Shown: positions 10,201 through 18,814 of the stretch, piece by piece
Position numbering within the stretch: the stretch's first letter is position 1
Layout: every line of letters starts with the position of its first letter
NCBI GenBank assembly: GCA_963847305.1
Contig: CAWJZI010000022.1
Span: forward strand, 20,385-84,384
DNA length: 64,000 nt
From: an uncultured Actinomycetes bacterium
Lineage (GTDB): Bacteria; Actinomycetota; Thermoleophilia; Gaiellales; Gaiellaceae
Direction: 5' to 3'
The notes under the pieces: generated by a model
What the model saw: the letters and a program-made list of their open reading frames with translations, nothing else
What the model was told of the DNA's origin: nothing
The model's database searches: none
Position numbers and translations under genes: made by a program

Positions 10201-10354
10201 GGTGCTCCCGGACCCCGACGAGCCGCTCGTCCACATCTACGCCGAGGGCGGCACCGCGGAGCTCTCCGCCGAGCTCGAGGCCGAGCTGCAGGAGCTCGTC
10301 GAAGAGGCGATGCAGGGGCAGGAATCCGCCCTTCCGGCTCAAATCTCAAGCTGA
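7250..10354 (+). CDS. three-domain fusion: CDP-alcohol phosphatidyltransferase (PgsA-like) + sugar-1-phosphate nucleotidyltransferase with left-handed beta-helix + phosphohexomutase-like domain
   Basis: One uninterrupted frame. N-terminal membrane domain carries [23 protein letters not shown] (D-G-x2-A-R-x8-G-x3-D-x3-D). Next come [15 protein letters not shown] and EESPLGTAG (NTP transferase), hexapeptide repeats, then PGM/PMM-like domains I-IV. The ORF is open from 7208; the ATG at 7250 is the likelier start. Confidence 0.8.
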   Translation: MAADTAPLPILAKLPNALTIARFALIPVFIVLLAQAEGGHSWAAGIIFGVAAITDQVDGWLARRWHVESEFGKYADPLADRLMIDTAVIMLFIADRLPWAALVVIIARDVLLVVGTKFVLGQSSYEFSVSFLGKAATWVLYAGIAFVLVTPEGTSWPLWIFWIGLGMAVGAGALYAASAWRTIRGGRRVEVTEDVRAVVMAGGEGTRLRPLTSNQPKPMVPVVGKPCMEHILELLKRHGFEDVIVTLAFLPQQIRSYFGDGESLGLNIEYSVEESPLGTAGSVRLASRKLDDTVLVISGDALCDIDLGALLQFHRDRKAAVTIGLKAVENPLEFGIVVTDEDGKVERFLEKPSWGQVFSDTINTGIYVLEPEVLEHVPTDRPYDFSKELFPLLLEMGRPLYGMVCEGYWQDIGNLDQFKQANFDALDGAVELEIPGIRLRGNIWIGEGVEIDDLEDVEGPAFIGNYCRISPQASIGPYSVLGASVTLRERARTVRSVIDANTHIGRSALVEGAILGSGCDVRSHVRIQEGAAIGDEVVLGAQSMVLPGVRIYPYKEVESGAHIHESLIWESRATSALFGKDGVTGLINVDLTPETAVRLAAALGTALKRGARVVASRESPRACRTIKRAMITGLNSAGVDVADLRVLPAAVSRHLMKTHGYEAGYHVGVSQSDPEMIKIQFFEQPGIQMTSALEKEVEKHFNRRELRRVPFGDIGQVTYPARVRESYAQDLLSELDADAIRARGFRLVVDYGYSASSFVLPLLLGPLEIEAVTAHGFTTDQAATAASLRGSIGHTKRLVSAIGADLGAVFDRAGERLFLVDEQGHELPVEKTLLLFLRLLGAAGKRGTVAVPVTVTSRVEELAGEAGLEVLRTPAAPAELTRAASEDGVVFAGAIGGFYVFPEFLPAHDAVTSLCKLLELLARVDRPLSELAADLPRSTVVHRQLACPWAMKGLVMRVLTERLKGKELDLTDGIKVIDTRGWAEVLPDPDEPLVHIYAEGGTAELSAELEAELQELVEEAMQGQESALPAQISS

Positions 10355-10356
10355 GG

Positions 10357-10385
10357 TTGAACCTTTTGGCGGCGCCTGCTTCAAT
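10357..10385 (+). promoter_or_regulatory. candidate sigma-70 promoter upstream of the 81-aa ORF
   Basis: TTGAAC, 17-nt spacer, TTCAAT, about 30 nt before the ATG at 10416. An AAAGGGA Shine-Dalgarno sequence is present. Confidence 0.3.
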
Positions 10386-10415
10386 GCGTCGGCTGCTCAA
10401 ACAGAAAGGGATTCG

Positions 10416-10661
10416 ATGGAAGCGCTTCCGGACCTCGCCGGTCTCTCCGATTCCGCACTGAAGAGCCTGATCCACGAGCTCGAGGCGGAGGAGAACGAGA
10501 TCTCTTACCAGCGCCGGCTCCTGCACGGCAAGCTCGACATCCTGCGGGCAGAGCTCGTCGCCCGCCTCCAGAAGAAGGGGGATAGCGAGCTGGGCCAGGT
10601 CGACATCGACCGTCTGACCGAGATCCTCGCCGGAAAGGCAGCTCCACCCAACCAGGAGTAG
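10416..10661 (+). CDS. small coiled-coil protein, RsiG-like (single-motif candidate c-di-GMP-dependent anti-sigma factor)
   Basis: 81 aa, predicted all-helical. EENEISYQRRLLHGKLD fits E-x3-S-x2-R-x3-[Q>H]-x3-D. Good ATG and Shine-Dalgarno context. Confidence 0.6.
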   Translation: MEALPDLAGLSDSALKSLIHELEAEENEISYQRRLLHGKLDILRAELVARLQKKGDSELGQVDIDRLTEILAGKAAPPNQE

Positions 10662-10664
10662 CCG

Positions 10665-11129
10665 TTGAGCCACGTCTACTGTCCCGAGTGCGGGTTTCAG
10701 AACCTCGAATCCGCAAATTACTGCTCGCGCTGCGGCGCGCTGCTCGTCACCGAGGGGGTCGACAACCCAACGGAGACGATCTCCCTCGAGGAGCTCGAGG
10801 AGGCCGCGCACGACGAGATCGAGGCGCTCGGAATCGAGGGCCCGGCGCTCGTCGTCCGCTCAGGGGGCGGACGGGCAGGCGAGCAGTTCCCGCTCGAGCG
10901 CACCCAGACGACGATCGGCCGCACTCCGGACTGCGACATCTTCCTCGACGACGTGACCGTCTCCCGCCGCCATGCGATCGTCGCGCGCGGCGCAGCCGGG
11001 TTCACGCTCGAGGACCTCGGCAGCCTGAACGGGACGTTCCTGAACCGACACCGGATCGAGAAGGCCGATCTCGAGAACGGGGACGAGGTTCAGATCGGCA
11101 AGTACCGCCTCATCTACCTCGCCCGATGA
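10665..11129 (+). CDS. zinc-ribbon + FHA domain protein
   Basis: N-terminal CPECG...CSRCG zinc ribbon. C-terminal FHA domain: GRTPDCDIFLDDVTVSRRHAIV...LGSLNGTFLN...GDEVQIGKYRL. Confidence 0.85.
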   Translation: MSHVYCPECGFQNLESANYCSRCGALLVTEGVDNPTETISLEELEEAAHDEIEALGIEGPALVVRSGGGRAGEQFPLERTQTTIGRTPDCDIFLDDVTVSRRHAIVARGAAGFTLEDLGSLNGTFLNRHRIEKADLENGDEVQIGKYRLIYLAR

Positions 11130-11794
11130 CGACCACCGCACAGGCACCCACGACTCCGCGGCTGCACACGATCGGCGCGATCTGCCGGCGCCTCCAGGCC
11201 GAGTTCCCGGATATCTCGATCTCGAAGATCCGCTACCTCGAGGATCAGGGCCTCCTTTCGCCGAAGCGGACGCGCGGGGGATACCGGCTGTTCAGCGAGG
11301 ACGACGTCGACCGGCTGGAGACCATCCTCCGGCTTCAGCGCGACGAGTTCCTGCCTCTGCGCGTGATCCGCCAGGAGCTCGCCTCGCCCGTCGGCAAGGA
11401 GCGCCGCCGTCGCCACGCGGGGCTCACCGCCTCGCCGCAGTCGATCGACCTCGTCGAGCTCTGCGAGCGTGCCGGCATCTCCGCACAGCAGGGGCGCGAG
11501 CTCGTGGAGTACGGGCTGCTCGAGGCGCCGTTCACCGAGGCAGACGCCGACACGGCCGCCGTCTGCGCCCGCCTGATCACCGCCGGGCTCGACGCACGCC
11601 ATCTGCGCAAGTTCGTCACCGCAGCCGGCAACCAGGCAGACCTGCTCGAGGCGCTCGTCCCGAAGCTGCGCTCGCGGAACCCGGAGGCCCGCCGGGGTGC
11701 GCTCGAGGACCTGCACGGGCTCGCCGAGCTGACCCAGGAGCTGTCCCAGCTGCTCTTCTGGCGGACACTGCGGCATCGGGTGGCATCGACGTGA
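11126..11794 (+). CDS. MerR family transcriptional regulator (FtsR-like)
   Basis: The ATG overlaps the FHA stop (ATGA). HTH: IGAICRRLQAEFPDISISKIRYLEDQGLLSPKRTRGGYRLFSEDDVDRL. FHA-MerR pairing is common in Actinomycetota. Confidence 0.85.
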   Translation: MTTTAQAPTTPRLHTIGAICRRLQAEFPDISISKIRYLEDQGLLSPKRTRGGYRLFSEDDVDRLETILRLQRDEFLPLRVIRQELASPVGKERRRRHAGLTASPQSIDLVELCERAGISAQQGRELVEYGLLEAPFTEADADTAAVCARLITAGLDARHLRKFVTAAGNQADLLEALVPKLRSRNPEARRGALEDLHGLAELTQELSQLLFWRTLRHRVAST

Positions 11795-12306
11795 CCGACC
11801 TCGCGGCCAAGATCCGGGACGTCCCGGACTTTCCCAAGCCCGGGATCGTCTTCAAGGACATCATGCCGCTGCTCGCCGACCCGGAGGCGCTGCGCGAGGC
11901 GGTCGACCAGATCGCGGAGTGGGCAGCCCCGCGGAAGCCCGATCTCGTCCTCGGCGCCGAGGCTCGCGGCTACATCACCGGCGGCGCGCTCGCCTGCCGG
12001 CTCGGCTGCGGTTTTGTCGCCGCGCGCAAGCCCGGAAAGCTGCCGTGGCGGACGGTCGCGGCGAAGTACGCGCTCGAGTACGGCTTCGATTCGCTCGAGG
12101 TCCACGCGGACGCGATCGTCGCCGGGCAGAAGGTGCTGATCCACGACGACGTGCTGGCGACGGGCGGCACCTCGAAGGCGACGGTCGAGCTCGTCGAGCA
12201 GCTCGGCGGTGAGGTCGTCGGCCTGCCGTTCATCATCGAGCTGGAGTTCCTGAACGGACGCGAGCGGCTCGAGGGGTACGAGGTGTACTCCCTGATCAAA
12301 TATTGA
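11791..12306 (+). CDS. apt: adenine phosphoribosyltransferase
   Basis: 171 aa. DFPKPGIVFKDI, GAEARGY and VLIHDDVLATGGT (PRPP-binding motif). The GTGA overlaps the merR stop. Confidence 0.95.
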   Translation: MTDLAAKIRDVPDFPKPGIVFKDIMPLLADPEALREAVDQIAEWAAPRKPDLVLGAEARGYITGGALACRLGCGFVAARKPGKLPWRTVAAKYALEYGFDSLEVHADAIVAGQKVLIHDDVLATGGTSKATVELVEQLGGEVVGLPFIIELEFLNGRERLEGYEVYSLIKY

Positions 12307-12352
12307 CGACTCCAGCGTTTTCTCCGTCTTGCGCATTGGCTAAAAGAGCCTT

Positions 12353-12967
12353 GTGTACGACGCGCTGACGACCCGGTACACGTTCGCGTGTCCGTCACGC
12401 GGAGAGACGGCCGTGCCGCTTTCGAACTTCCGGCGCCTGGAGCGCCTCGAGGGAACCGGACACCCGGTCGTCTACCGCGTGCGGTTCGACTGCCCCTGCG
12501 GAGAGGAGCATCCCGGGCTCGTCTCGCACGACGATCTCGACTGGGCGCCGCTCGGCTTCCACGCCGGCCGGTTCCTGAACCTGCTGACCGCGCGGGTCGA
12601 AGAGGTCGGCGCCGAGCTCGGCGATGCGTCCTGCCGGCGGATCGAGGCGGGGGAGTGGCCCTGGAGCTTCTTCTGCTACCCCGAGGGACGGCCGCGGCCC
12701 GTGTTCCCGTCGTCGTTCTTCCTGCTCGCTCCCGGCGGCCGGGAGACGCGCATCGGGCTCGCCGTTCGCTGCCCGGCCTGCGAGCGGATGTCGCTGAACC
12801 TCGTCTCGCACGAGCACGTCGACCTGCCGTTCCACAACGATCTCGAGATCGGCATCGTCGAGCACGTCTTCGCGGGCGACGCACTCCTGACCGTCGAGGA
12901 GTTCCGGGCAGAGCTGTACTCCGCGAGCTTCGACGCCCGGCGGCTACTGCTCGATGAGATTGCTTAA
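12353..12967 (+). CDS. hypothetical Cys/His-rich protein
   Basis: 204-aa ORF with CPSRG, CPCGEEH, CPACE and HEH clusters. I recognise no family. Confidence 0.55.
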   Translation: MYDALTTRYTFACPSRGETAVPLSNFRRLERLEGTGHPVVYRVRFDCPCGEEHPGLVSHDDLDWAPLGFHAGRFLNLLTARVEEVGAELGDASCRRIEAGEWPWSFFCYPEGRPRPVFPSSFFLLAPGGRETRIGLAVRCPACERMSLNLVSHEHVDLPFHNDLEIGIVEHVFAGDALLTVEEFRAELYSASFDARRLLLDEIA

Positions 12968-13009
12968 GCTCGCGCCGAATCGGGTAGTTCGCAACCCGAT
13001 CAGGAAGGA

Positions 13010-13591
13010 GTGGTGCAGATGATCGGAGCCGTGCGCGGGGTCTTCACGCTTGTCGGAGCCGGCATCGCCGGCCTGCTGATCTGGCTGACGACGCAGATCG
13101 GCACCGGCACGACCGGCGGGTACTGGGAGGTGTACGGGATCTTCGCGGCCGCGGGCCTGACGATGGCCCTGTCGCAGCTGTTCGGCGGCTGGACGAAGTG
13201 GGGGTGGCCGCGGATCTCGGCGGGCGTGCTCCTGATCGGCTTCCTGCCGGTCCTGGTCGTCGGCGGCTGGGTGCTGCTCGCCGGCCAGCCCGACGCGAAC
13301 TGGTTCCAGCGCCACCTCGTCTCCTGGTCCGGCCATGCGGGGATCGACGGCGTGGTCAACGACCTGCGTGAGCAGCTGGCCGTGATCGCGTTCGGGATCG
13401 GCCTCGTCTTCGGGTTCACCTTCGACACGACCGGCCCGAGCGGAACCGCGGCACCCGAGCCGGCGCCGGAGGCGGTGGAGGTGGCGGAAGCGCCGCCGGC
13501 AGAGCCCGTGTCGGAGCCGCCGCCCGTGATGCAGCCGCCGGTCGAGGCGCCCACGGCAGAGGTCGAGCCGAACGAGAGCCGGCGGCTCTAG
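13010..13591 (+). CDS. hypothetical membrane protein with Pro/Ala/Glu-rich tail
   Basis: GTG preceded by AGGAAGGAG. About 4 predicted TM segments, then APEPAPEAVEVAEAPPAEPVSEPPPV. Confidence 0.6.
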   Translation: MVQMIGAVRGVFTLVGAGIAGLLIWLTTQIGTGTTGGYWEVYGIFAAAGLTMALSQLFGGWTKWGWPRISAGVLLIGFLPVLVVGGWVLLAGQPDANWFQRHLVSWSGHAGIDGVVNDLREQLAVIAFGIGLVFGFTFDTTGPSGTAAPEPAPEAVEVAEAPPAEPVSEPPPVMQPPVEAPTAEVEPNESRRL

Positions 13592-13764
13592 CTCCGCGCT
13601 CGCGAGCGCCGGCGCGGCTCGTCCTCGCCGTAGAGGCGCACGTACAGGAAGATCCCGCAGGCGACCAGGGCGGCGACGATGAAGGACGTCGCCTTCGAGA
13701 TCCCGATCCCGAGCATGAAGGCCCAGAGCAGGACGCCGAGGAGGAACGCCCAGACGAAGGACAT
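13588..13764 (-). CDS. small membrane protein (58 aa), below the ORF-track size cutoff
   Basis: My own translation: MSFVWAFLLGVLLWAFMLGIGISKATSFIVAALVACGIFLYVRLYGEDEPRRRSRARS. It has two hydrophobic helices. Its stop overlaps the stop of the convergent gene. Confidence 0.35.
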   Translation of the reverse strand: MSFVWAFLLGVLLWAFMLGIGISKATSFIVAALVACGIFLYVRLYGEDEPRRRSRARS

Positions 13765-13812
13765 GATCCCGTGGTCGACGCTGGGCGGGCGCAGGTGACA
13801 TCGCGCGCGATC

Positions 13813-14710
13813 CTAGCGGGCGAGCGGGCCGCGGACGAGCACGACCGGCGGCTGCGGCTCGTAACCCAGCCTGGCGTTGATCCCGCGCATCGCCCCGTTT
13901 GCCTCGTCGTTGTAGGTGACGAGCCGCCCGAAGCCGTTCTCCGCCGCCCAGGCGATCTGGGCGCTCTTGAGGGCGGTGGCGACGCCGCGGCCGCGCCATG
14001 CCCGCCTGACGGCCGTGAGCTGGTGCTCGGCCGTGCCGGGCTCGGCCGTGCGCGCGAGCAGCGCCGCGTAGCCGACGACCTCGCCGCCGGCGAGCGCGAC
14101 CGTGCAGGCGTGGGGCAGGGCGCTCGGGCCTTCGAGATTGGTCGCGCGCCAGGTCTCGTACGGCCCGGCCGCGAGCTCGGCCCCGGTGGGGATGTCCGGC
14201 ACCGCCTCGGCGTCGATCGCATGGGCGGCCGGCGCGAGGTCGGGCCGGTCGCCGAGGCTCGTTATGTCAACCCCGGGAGGCGGGGGCAGCGCCGTGCCGC
14301 GGCGACGTGATCGTCAGGACGGACTCGATCTCGCGCCCGAACTCCTCAAAGCCACGGCTGAGAGCGAACCGGAGGCCCTCAGCGTCGAAGACGCGGCCCC
14401 AGAGCTGCTGGAGCCCGAGCGACTGCGCGTGGGCGGAGAGAGCCTCGTAGAGCGCCGAGCCGGCTCCCTGGCGGCGAGCCTCAGGGAGCACGCGCGCGAT
14501 CGCATAGAACGTGCCCTGCATGGACGAGCGCTTGCCGACGCCGCTGCCGACGACCTCGCCCTCGTGGCGCGCCAGGAAGAAGCGAGTGTCCGGATCGGCG
14601 GCGAGATCGTGCTCGAGCTCGGCGCGGTGGATGCGCTGGCCGTGGAGCCGCTCGACGACGAGCGCGAGCGCCGCGAGGTCTTCCGGGGAGGTGGCGGTCT
14701 CGATCGTCAT
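13813..14710 (-). CDS. two-domain GNAT N-acetyltransferase, frameshifted as sequenced (near 14295-14310)
   Basis: N-terminal domain 14267-14710 (RRQGAGSALYEAL). The linker ALPPPGVDITSLGDRPDLAPAAHAIDAEAV and the second GNAT domain (RRAWRGRGVATALK) continue in another frame down to 13813. Confidence 0.7.
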
Positions 14711-15046
14711 CGGACCAAAAAAATTCGCCGAGCCGGTGACGCTTTCGTCCGTCGAGCCGACTGACCTTCGGCTTCCGCCTACTGCCGCCCGACTCGACTT
14801 CGACCTACTTGCGCTCCGTGCTCGGCGCAAGCAGCAAGCTATCCGGTCTCCCTCGGTCCGACAAGAGGGGGGACGAAACGAAAAGGACGCAATTTGCGAG
14901 GCGCGCTTTCGGATATCTCCCAACTTGACAGAACGCCGATTATCGGGAGTCGAAGGTCGAGTGGGAGCGGCGGGTTGCGACGAGGGCGACAAACTCGACT
15001 TTCTTGGGCGAACGTGTTTGAATCGCTCACGGGGGCGGGTACACCG

Positions 15047-16132
15047 ATGTACCCGATGATTATGGAAGCACCGATCGCCGCGATCGACAGTGTCGTCCAG
15101 ACGGAAGAGCTCCAGCAGCTCTTCGAGGCCGCAGAGTTGGCCGGCTCCGTGCGGACCTCCGAGCTGACCGAGATCCTCGAACCGCATGCGCTCGCGCCGC
15201 TCGAGGTCGACGCCGTGTACAGGATGTTCGAGGAGCGGGGGATCGAGCTCGTCTACGACGGCGAGCGCGAGGAGGCCGTTGCCCCTCCCCCGCCTTTGCC
15301 GACGGCGCCGCTCGAGACGACCACCGACGCCCTCCAGCTCTTCCTGCGCGAGACCGGCCGCCACCCGCTGCTGACCGCCGCCCAGGAGGTCGAGCTCGCC
15401 AAGAAGATCGAGCGCGGCGACATGCAGGCGAAGACGCACATGATCCAGTCGAACCTGCGCCTCGTCGTCTCGATCGCGAAGAACTACCGCAACCAGGGCT
15501 TGCCGTTCCTCGATCTGATCCAGGAGGGCACGCTCGGGCTGATCCGCGCGGTCGAGAAGTTCGACTGGCGCCGCGGCTACAAGTTCTCCACCTACGCGAC
15601 CTGGTGGATCCGCCAGGCGGTCGCGCGGGCGCTCGCGGACAAGGCGCGGACGATCCGCATGCCCGTCCACATCGTCGAGCGGCTCCAGAAGATGAATCGC
15701 GCCGAGCGGCACCTCTGGACGCAGCTCGGCCGCGAGCCCACGCTCGAGGAGATCGCCGAGGAAGCGAGCCTGCCGATCCACCAGGCAAAGGAGGTGCGCG
15801 CCGCCGCGCGCGCCGCGACGAGTCTCGACCAGCCGGTCGGCGACCAGGACGACGCGGTCCTCGGCGACTTCGTCGCCGGCGAGGGAATGCTCCCCGAAGA
15901 GCAGGTCGAGCTCTCGCTCCGCAGCCAGGCGCTCGCCGCCGCGCTTGCCGCGCTCGGCGACCGCGAGCGGCAAGTGCTCGTCCTCCGCTACGGCCTGGCC
16001 GACTTCGAGCCGAAGACGCTCGAGGAGATCGGACGCCGCCTCGGCCTGACGCGTGAGCGCGTCCGGCAGATCGAGGTCGAGGCGCTCCGCCGGCTCGCGA
16101 CGCTACGCGAGATCGAAGCCGTAGCGCACTAG
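15047..16132 (+). CDS. RNA polymerase sigma-70, primary-like (region 1.1 present)
   Basis: Region 1.1-like N-terminus. Regions 2-4 are fully conserved: [55 protein letters not shown] ... [19 protein letters not shown]. The start could be ATG 15047, 15056 or 15062. Confidence 0.9.
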   Translation: MYPMIMEAPIAAIDSVVQTEELQQLFEAAELAGSVRTSELTEILEPHALAPLEVDAVYRMFEERGIELVYDGEREEAVAPPPPLPTAPLETTTDALQLFLRETGRHPLLTAAQEVELAKKIERGDMQAKTHMIQSNLRLVVSIAKNYRNQGLPFLDLIQEGTLGLIRAVEKFDWRRGYKFSTYATWWIRQAVARALADKARTIRMPVHIVERLQKMNRAERHLWTQLGREPTLEEIAEEASLPIHQAKEVRAAARAATSLDQPVGDQDDAVLGDFVAGEGMLPEEQVELSLRSQALAAALAALGDRERQVLVLRYGLADFEPKTLEEIGRRLGLTRERVRQIEVEALRRLATLREIEAVAH

Positions 16133-16180
16133 AATCGTCTCCCGCGCGTCGGCGGGTCTTGCCCGGCGACGCTGCGCAGG

Positions 16181-17161
16181 CTAAGCCGTTCTGAGATACA
16201 GGAAGAGCTCGGGCGCCTGGGCTCGCAGTTCGCGCAGCGCGCGCCCCTCGAGCTGGCGGACCCGCTCGCGGGTGATCCCGAGCTCGGAGCCCACCTGCTC
16301 CAGCGTCTGCGGCGTCTGGCCGTCCAGCCCGAAGCGCCTGGAGATGACGAACCGCATCCTGGGGTTCAGCGTCTCCAGGGCCTTCGCGAGCTCCTTCGAG
16401 CGCATCGACTCGGCGGTCGTGTCCTCCGGCAGATCGGCGTTCTCGTCCTCGATCAGGTCGCTGTAGACGCTCTCGCCGTCGCCGACCGGGGTCTCGAGCG
16501 AGATCGGGTCATCGATCAGCTCGAGCAGGTCACGCACCTTCGCCTCGGTGAAGCCGCTCTCCTTGGCGATCTCACGCAGGACCGGCTCGCGGTTCAGCTT
16601 CTGGGAGAGGATGCGGCGGGCGCGCATCACGCGCCGCACCTGGTCGGCGACGTGGACGGGAAGGCGGATCGTGCGACCCTGGTCGGCGAGCGCACGGGTC
16701 ACGGCCTGCCGGATCCACCAGGTCGCGTAGGTCGAGAGTTTGTAGCCCATCCGCCAGTCGAACTTCTCGACCGCGCGGATCAGACCGAGATTCCCTTCCT
16801 GGATGAGGTCGAGGAGCGGGACGCCGGCCTTCGTGTAGTTGCGCGTGATCGACATCACGAGCCGGAGGTTCCCCTCGACGAGCTTGCGCTTGGCCTCTTC
16901 GTCGCCCTCGTCCTTGCGCTGGGCGAGCTCGCGCTCCTCCCCCGCTGTCAGCAGGCGGCCGTCGCCGATCTGGCGGACGTAGAGCTTGAGCGGGTCCTGG
17001 ACCGGCACCGGGGCGTCGAGCGTGTCGACATGCTCCTCTTCCAAGGCCTCCGGCTCATCGAGAGCCGGGACGAGCTCGAGCTTCGGCTGCTCTTCCTCGC
17101 GCACAGCGTCGCTCGCAGGGATCTGCTCCACCACACAGGTATCGGCACCGGCCCGCCTCAC
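16181..17161 (-). CDS. RNA polymerase sigma-70, group 2-like
   Basis: [55 protein letters not shown] ... [22 protein letters not shown] 17161 is preceded by GAGGGA. The longer 602-aa ORF overlaps the opposite-strand GATase gene and is rejected. Confidence 0.85.
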   Translation of the reverse strand: MRRAGADTCVVEQIPASDAVREEEQPKLELVPALDEPEALEEEHVDTLDAPVPVQDPLKLYVRQIGDGRLLTAGEERELAQRKDEGDEEAKRKLVEGNLRLVMSITRNYTKAGVPLLDLIQEGNLGLIRAVEKFDWRMGYKLSTYATWWIRQAVTRALADQGRTIRLPVHVADQVRRVMRARRILSQKLNREPVLREIAKESGFTEAKVRDLLELIDDPISLETPVGDGESVYSDLIEDENADLPEDTTAESMRSKELAKALETLNPRMRFVISRRFGLDGQTPQTLEQVGSELGITRERVRQLEGRALRELRAQAPELFLYLRTA

Positions 17162-17248
17162 TGTCCATCCCTCGTGCGAGTGATACACGTTCGAGTGACG
17201 CAGACCGACACCGCGAACCTCCGGAGGCCGGTCTACGATGAAAAGACC

Positions 17249-18037
17249 ATGTGCGGCATCGCCGGCTACAGCCTCGGACCGTCGAGCTCGATCGACCGGA
17301 CGCTCGCTGCCCAGGCGCTCCTCGCCGGGATCGCCGAGCGCGGCGCCGATGCAGTCGGGTACGCACACCGCTCGCCCGGCGCCCCGATCGTCGTGCACAA
17401 GCAGCGCAGCGGAGCGAGCGCCGTCCTCGATCGGATTGCGATTCCCGCCGATGCCCGCCAGGTACTGCTCCACGTCCGCGATTACACGAAGGGCCACCCG
17501 CGGGTCGAGGCCAACAACCATCCGGTCCGTCACGGCGCCGTCGTCGGGATCCACAACGGCCACATCGACAACGACGACGAGCTCATGGCGCGCTATGGAT
17601 TCGAGCGCGCGGAGCCGGAGATGAGCGTCGACTCCGAGGTCATCTTCGCGATTGCCGAGGCGAACGGCGGCACCGCTCGCGGCTTCGAGGATTTCCGCGG
17701 CTCCCTCGCGACCGGCTGGCTCGACGAGCGGGAGCCCGAGCTGCTCTTCCTCGCGCGCGGCGTCGGCCGCCCGCTCTGGGTCGGCACCACCCGCCGTGAG
17801 CTGTTCTTCGCCTCGACCCGTGAGGCGCTGGAGATCGCCGAGCACTACGCGGGTCTGCGCCTCCGCAAGCGGCAGGTTCACGAAGGCAAGCTCGCCGCGT
17901 TCAAAGGCTCCCGCGTCGTGCGGATCGAGAATTTCGTCCCCGATCCGACGTACGAGCCGGACCCGCTGCCGGCCGTGCGCGCGCCGCACGAAGGCGCTTT
18001 CTGCCTCGAGCGGCTTGCTGTCATTGCCGCGGCATAA
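17249..18037 (+). CDS. class II (Ntn) glutamine amidotransferase domain protein
   Basis: Starts MCGIAGY (Cys2 nucleophile). 262 aa. [20 protein letters not shown]... I recognise no synthetase domain. Confidence 0.8.
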   Translation: MCGIAGYSLGPSSSIDRTLAAQALLAGIAERGADAVGYAHRSPGAPIVVHKQRSGASAVLDRIAIPADARQVLLHVRDYTKGHPRVEANNHPVRHGAVVGIHNGHIDNDDELMARYGFERAEPEMSVDSEVIFAIAEANGGTARGFEDFRGSLATGWLDEREPELLFLARGVGRPLWVGTTRRELFFASTREALEIAEHYAGLRLRKRQVHEGKLAAFKGSRVVRIENFVPDPTYEPDPLPAVRAPHEGAFCLERLAVIAAA

Positions 18038-18056
18038 TCGCGGCGCCTTGACGGTT

Positions 18057-18782
18057 CTAGCCGGCGCCTAGGCTGCCGTCGCGGCCGACCTCCACCCCCT
18101 CCTCGCGCAGCCGCTGCCGCACGAGGAACTGGAACGTCGACCACGCCCCGCGCCGCGCGTCGAACATGCGGTAGACCTGCCACTCGGTCAGCAGCGACGG
18201 GTCGCCCCGGCGCGCATCCGCCCAGTCGTTGAACTTCGGCAGGCGCCCGAGCCGCCGCGCCATCGCCACGCCCTGCTCGATCGCGCGCTCGAGGCGCTCC
18301 TCCCCCACCGGGACGTCGAACCCCGCCTCGCGCAGCGCGTTCGTCAGCGACCCGAACGTATGCCAGTAGAGCGACTTCGACGGCATCCAGCCGCGGTTCG
18401 CGTCGACGTCCTTCGCGGTCGGCACGCGCCCGAGCCGCTTCCCGAGCTCCTCGAGCTGGCCGATCAGCTCCGCCCGCGTCGCGTTCCGCCGCGGCACGAG
18501 CCCCGCCAGTCGCTTTGCCTTGTTCCAGCTGCCGAAATGCTCGATCACCGTCTGTGGGTGCACCCTCGTCTCCGGGTCGTCGGCGAACTCCTTCATCGTC
18601 GGCGAGCGCTCGAGACGCGCCGAGCATGCGCGTAGCTCCTCGAGGATCTCCTCGTCCGAGTAGCGCCGCCGGAGGCCGGACTGGAACTCGGCCAGCTCGG
18701 CGGGGTCGATGGTCGTGATCGCGCGGAATTGCCGCTTTCTCGGCACGGGCAAACAGAATATAGCGTTCTGACCTGTTTGCAA
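18057..18782 (-). CDS. protein made of homing-endonuclease-associated (HNH_repeat-like) repeats, no nuclease domain
   Basis: Three repeats: [73 protein letters not shown], and [28 protein letters not shown]. The 5' end is uncertain (TTG 18782 or GTG 18746), and the upstream region is AT-rich. Confidence 0.7.
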   Translation of the reverse strand: MQTGQNAIFCLPVPRKRQFRAITTIDPAELAEFQSGLRRRYSDEEILEELRACSARLERSPTMKEFADDPETRVHPQTVIEHFGSWNKAKRLAGLVPRRNATRAELIGQLEELGKRLGRVPTAKDVDANRGWMPSKSLYWHTFGSLTNALREAGFDVPVGEERLERAIEQGVAMARRLGRLPKFNDWADARRGDPSLLTEWQVYRMFDARRGAWSTFQFLVRQRLREEGVEVGRDGSLGAG

Positions 18783-18814
18783 AGACCTGCGTAAACTGAA
18801 TCAGAACGTACTGA

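Noticed and set aside
7223-10342. 1039-aa ORF on the minus strand, antisense to the fusion gene
   Set aside because: It mirrors a well-supported plus-strand gene. Its translation is Arg/Asp/Glu/Ala low-complexity with no recognisable domain. This is a typical stop-poor antisense frame in a ~70% GC genome.
16181-17989. 602-aa sigma factor with a 276-aa N-terminal extension
   Set aside because: The extension is antisense to the MCGIAGY amidotransferase gene and is low-complexity. GTG 17161 with a GAGGGA Shine-Dalgarno sequence gives a normal group-2 sigma factor.
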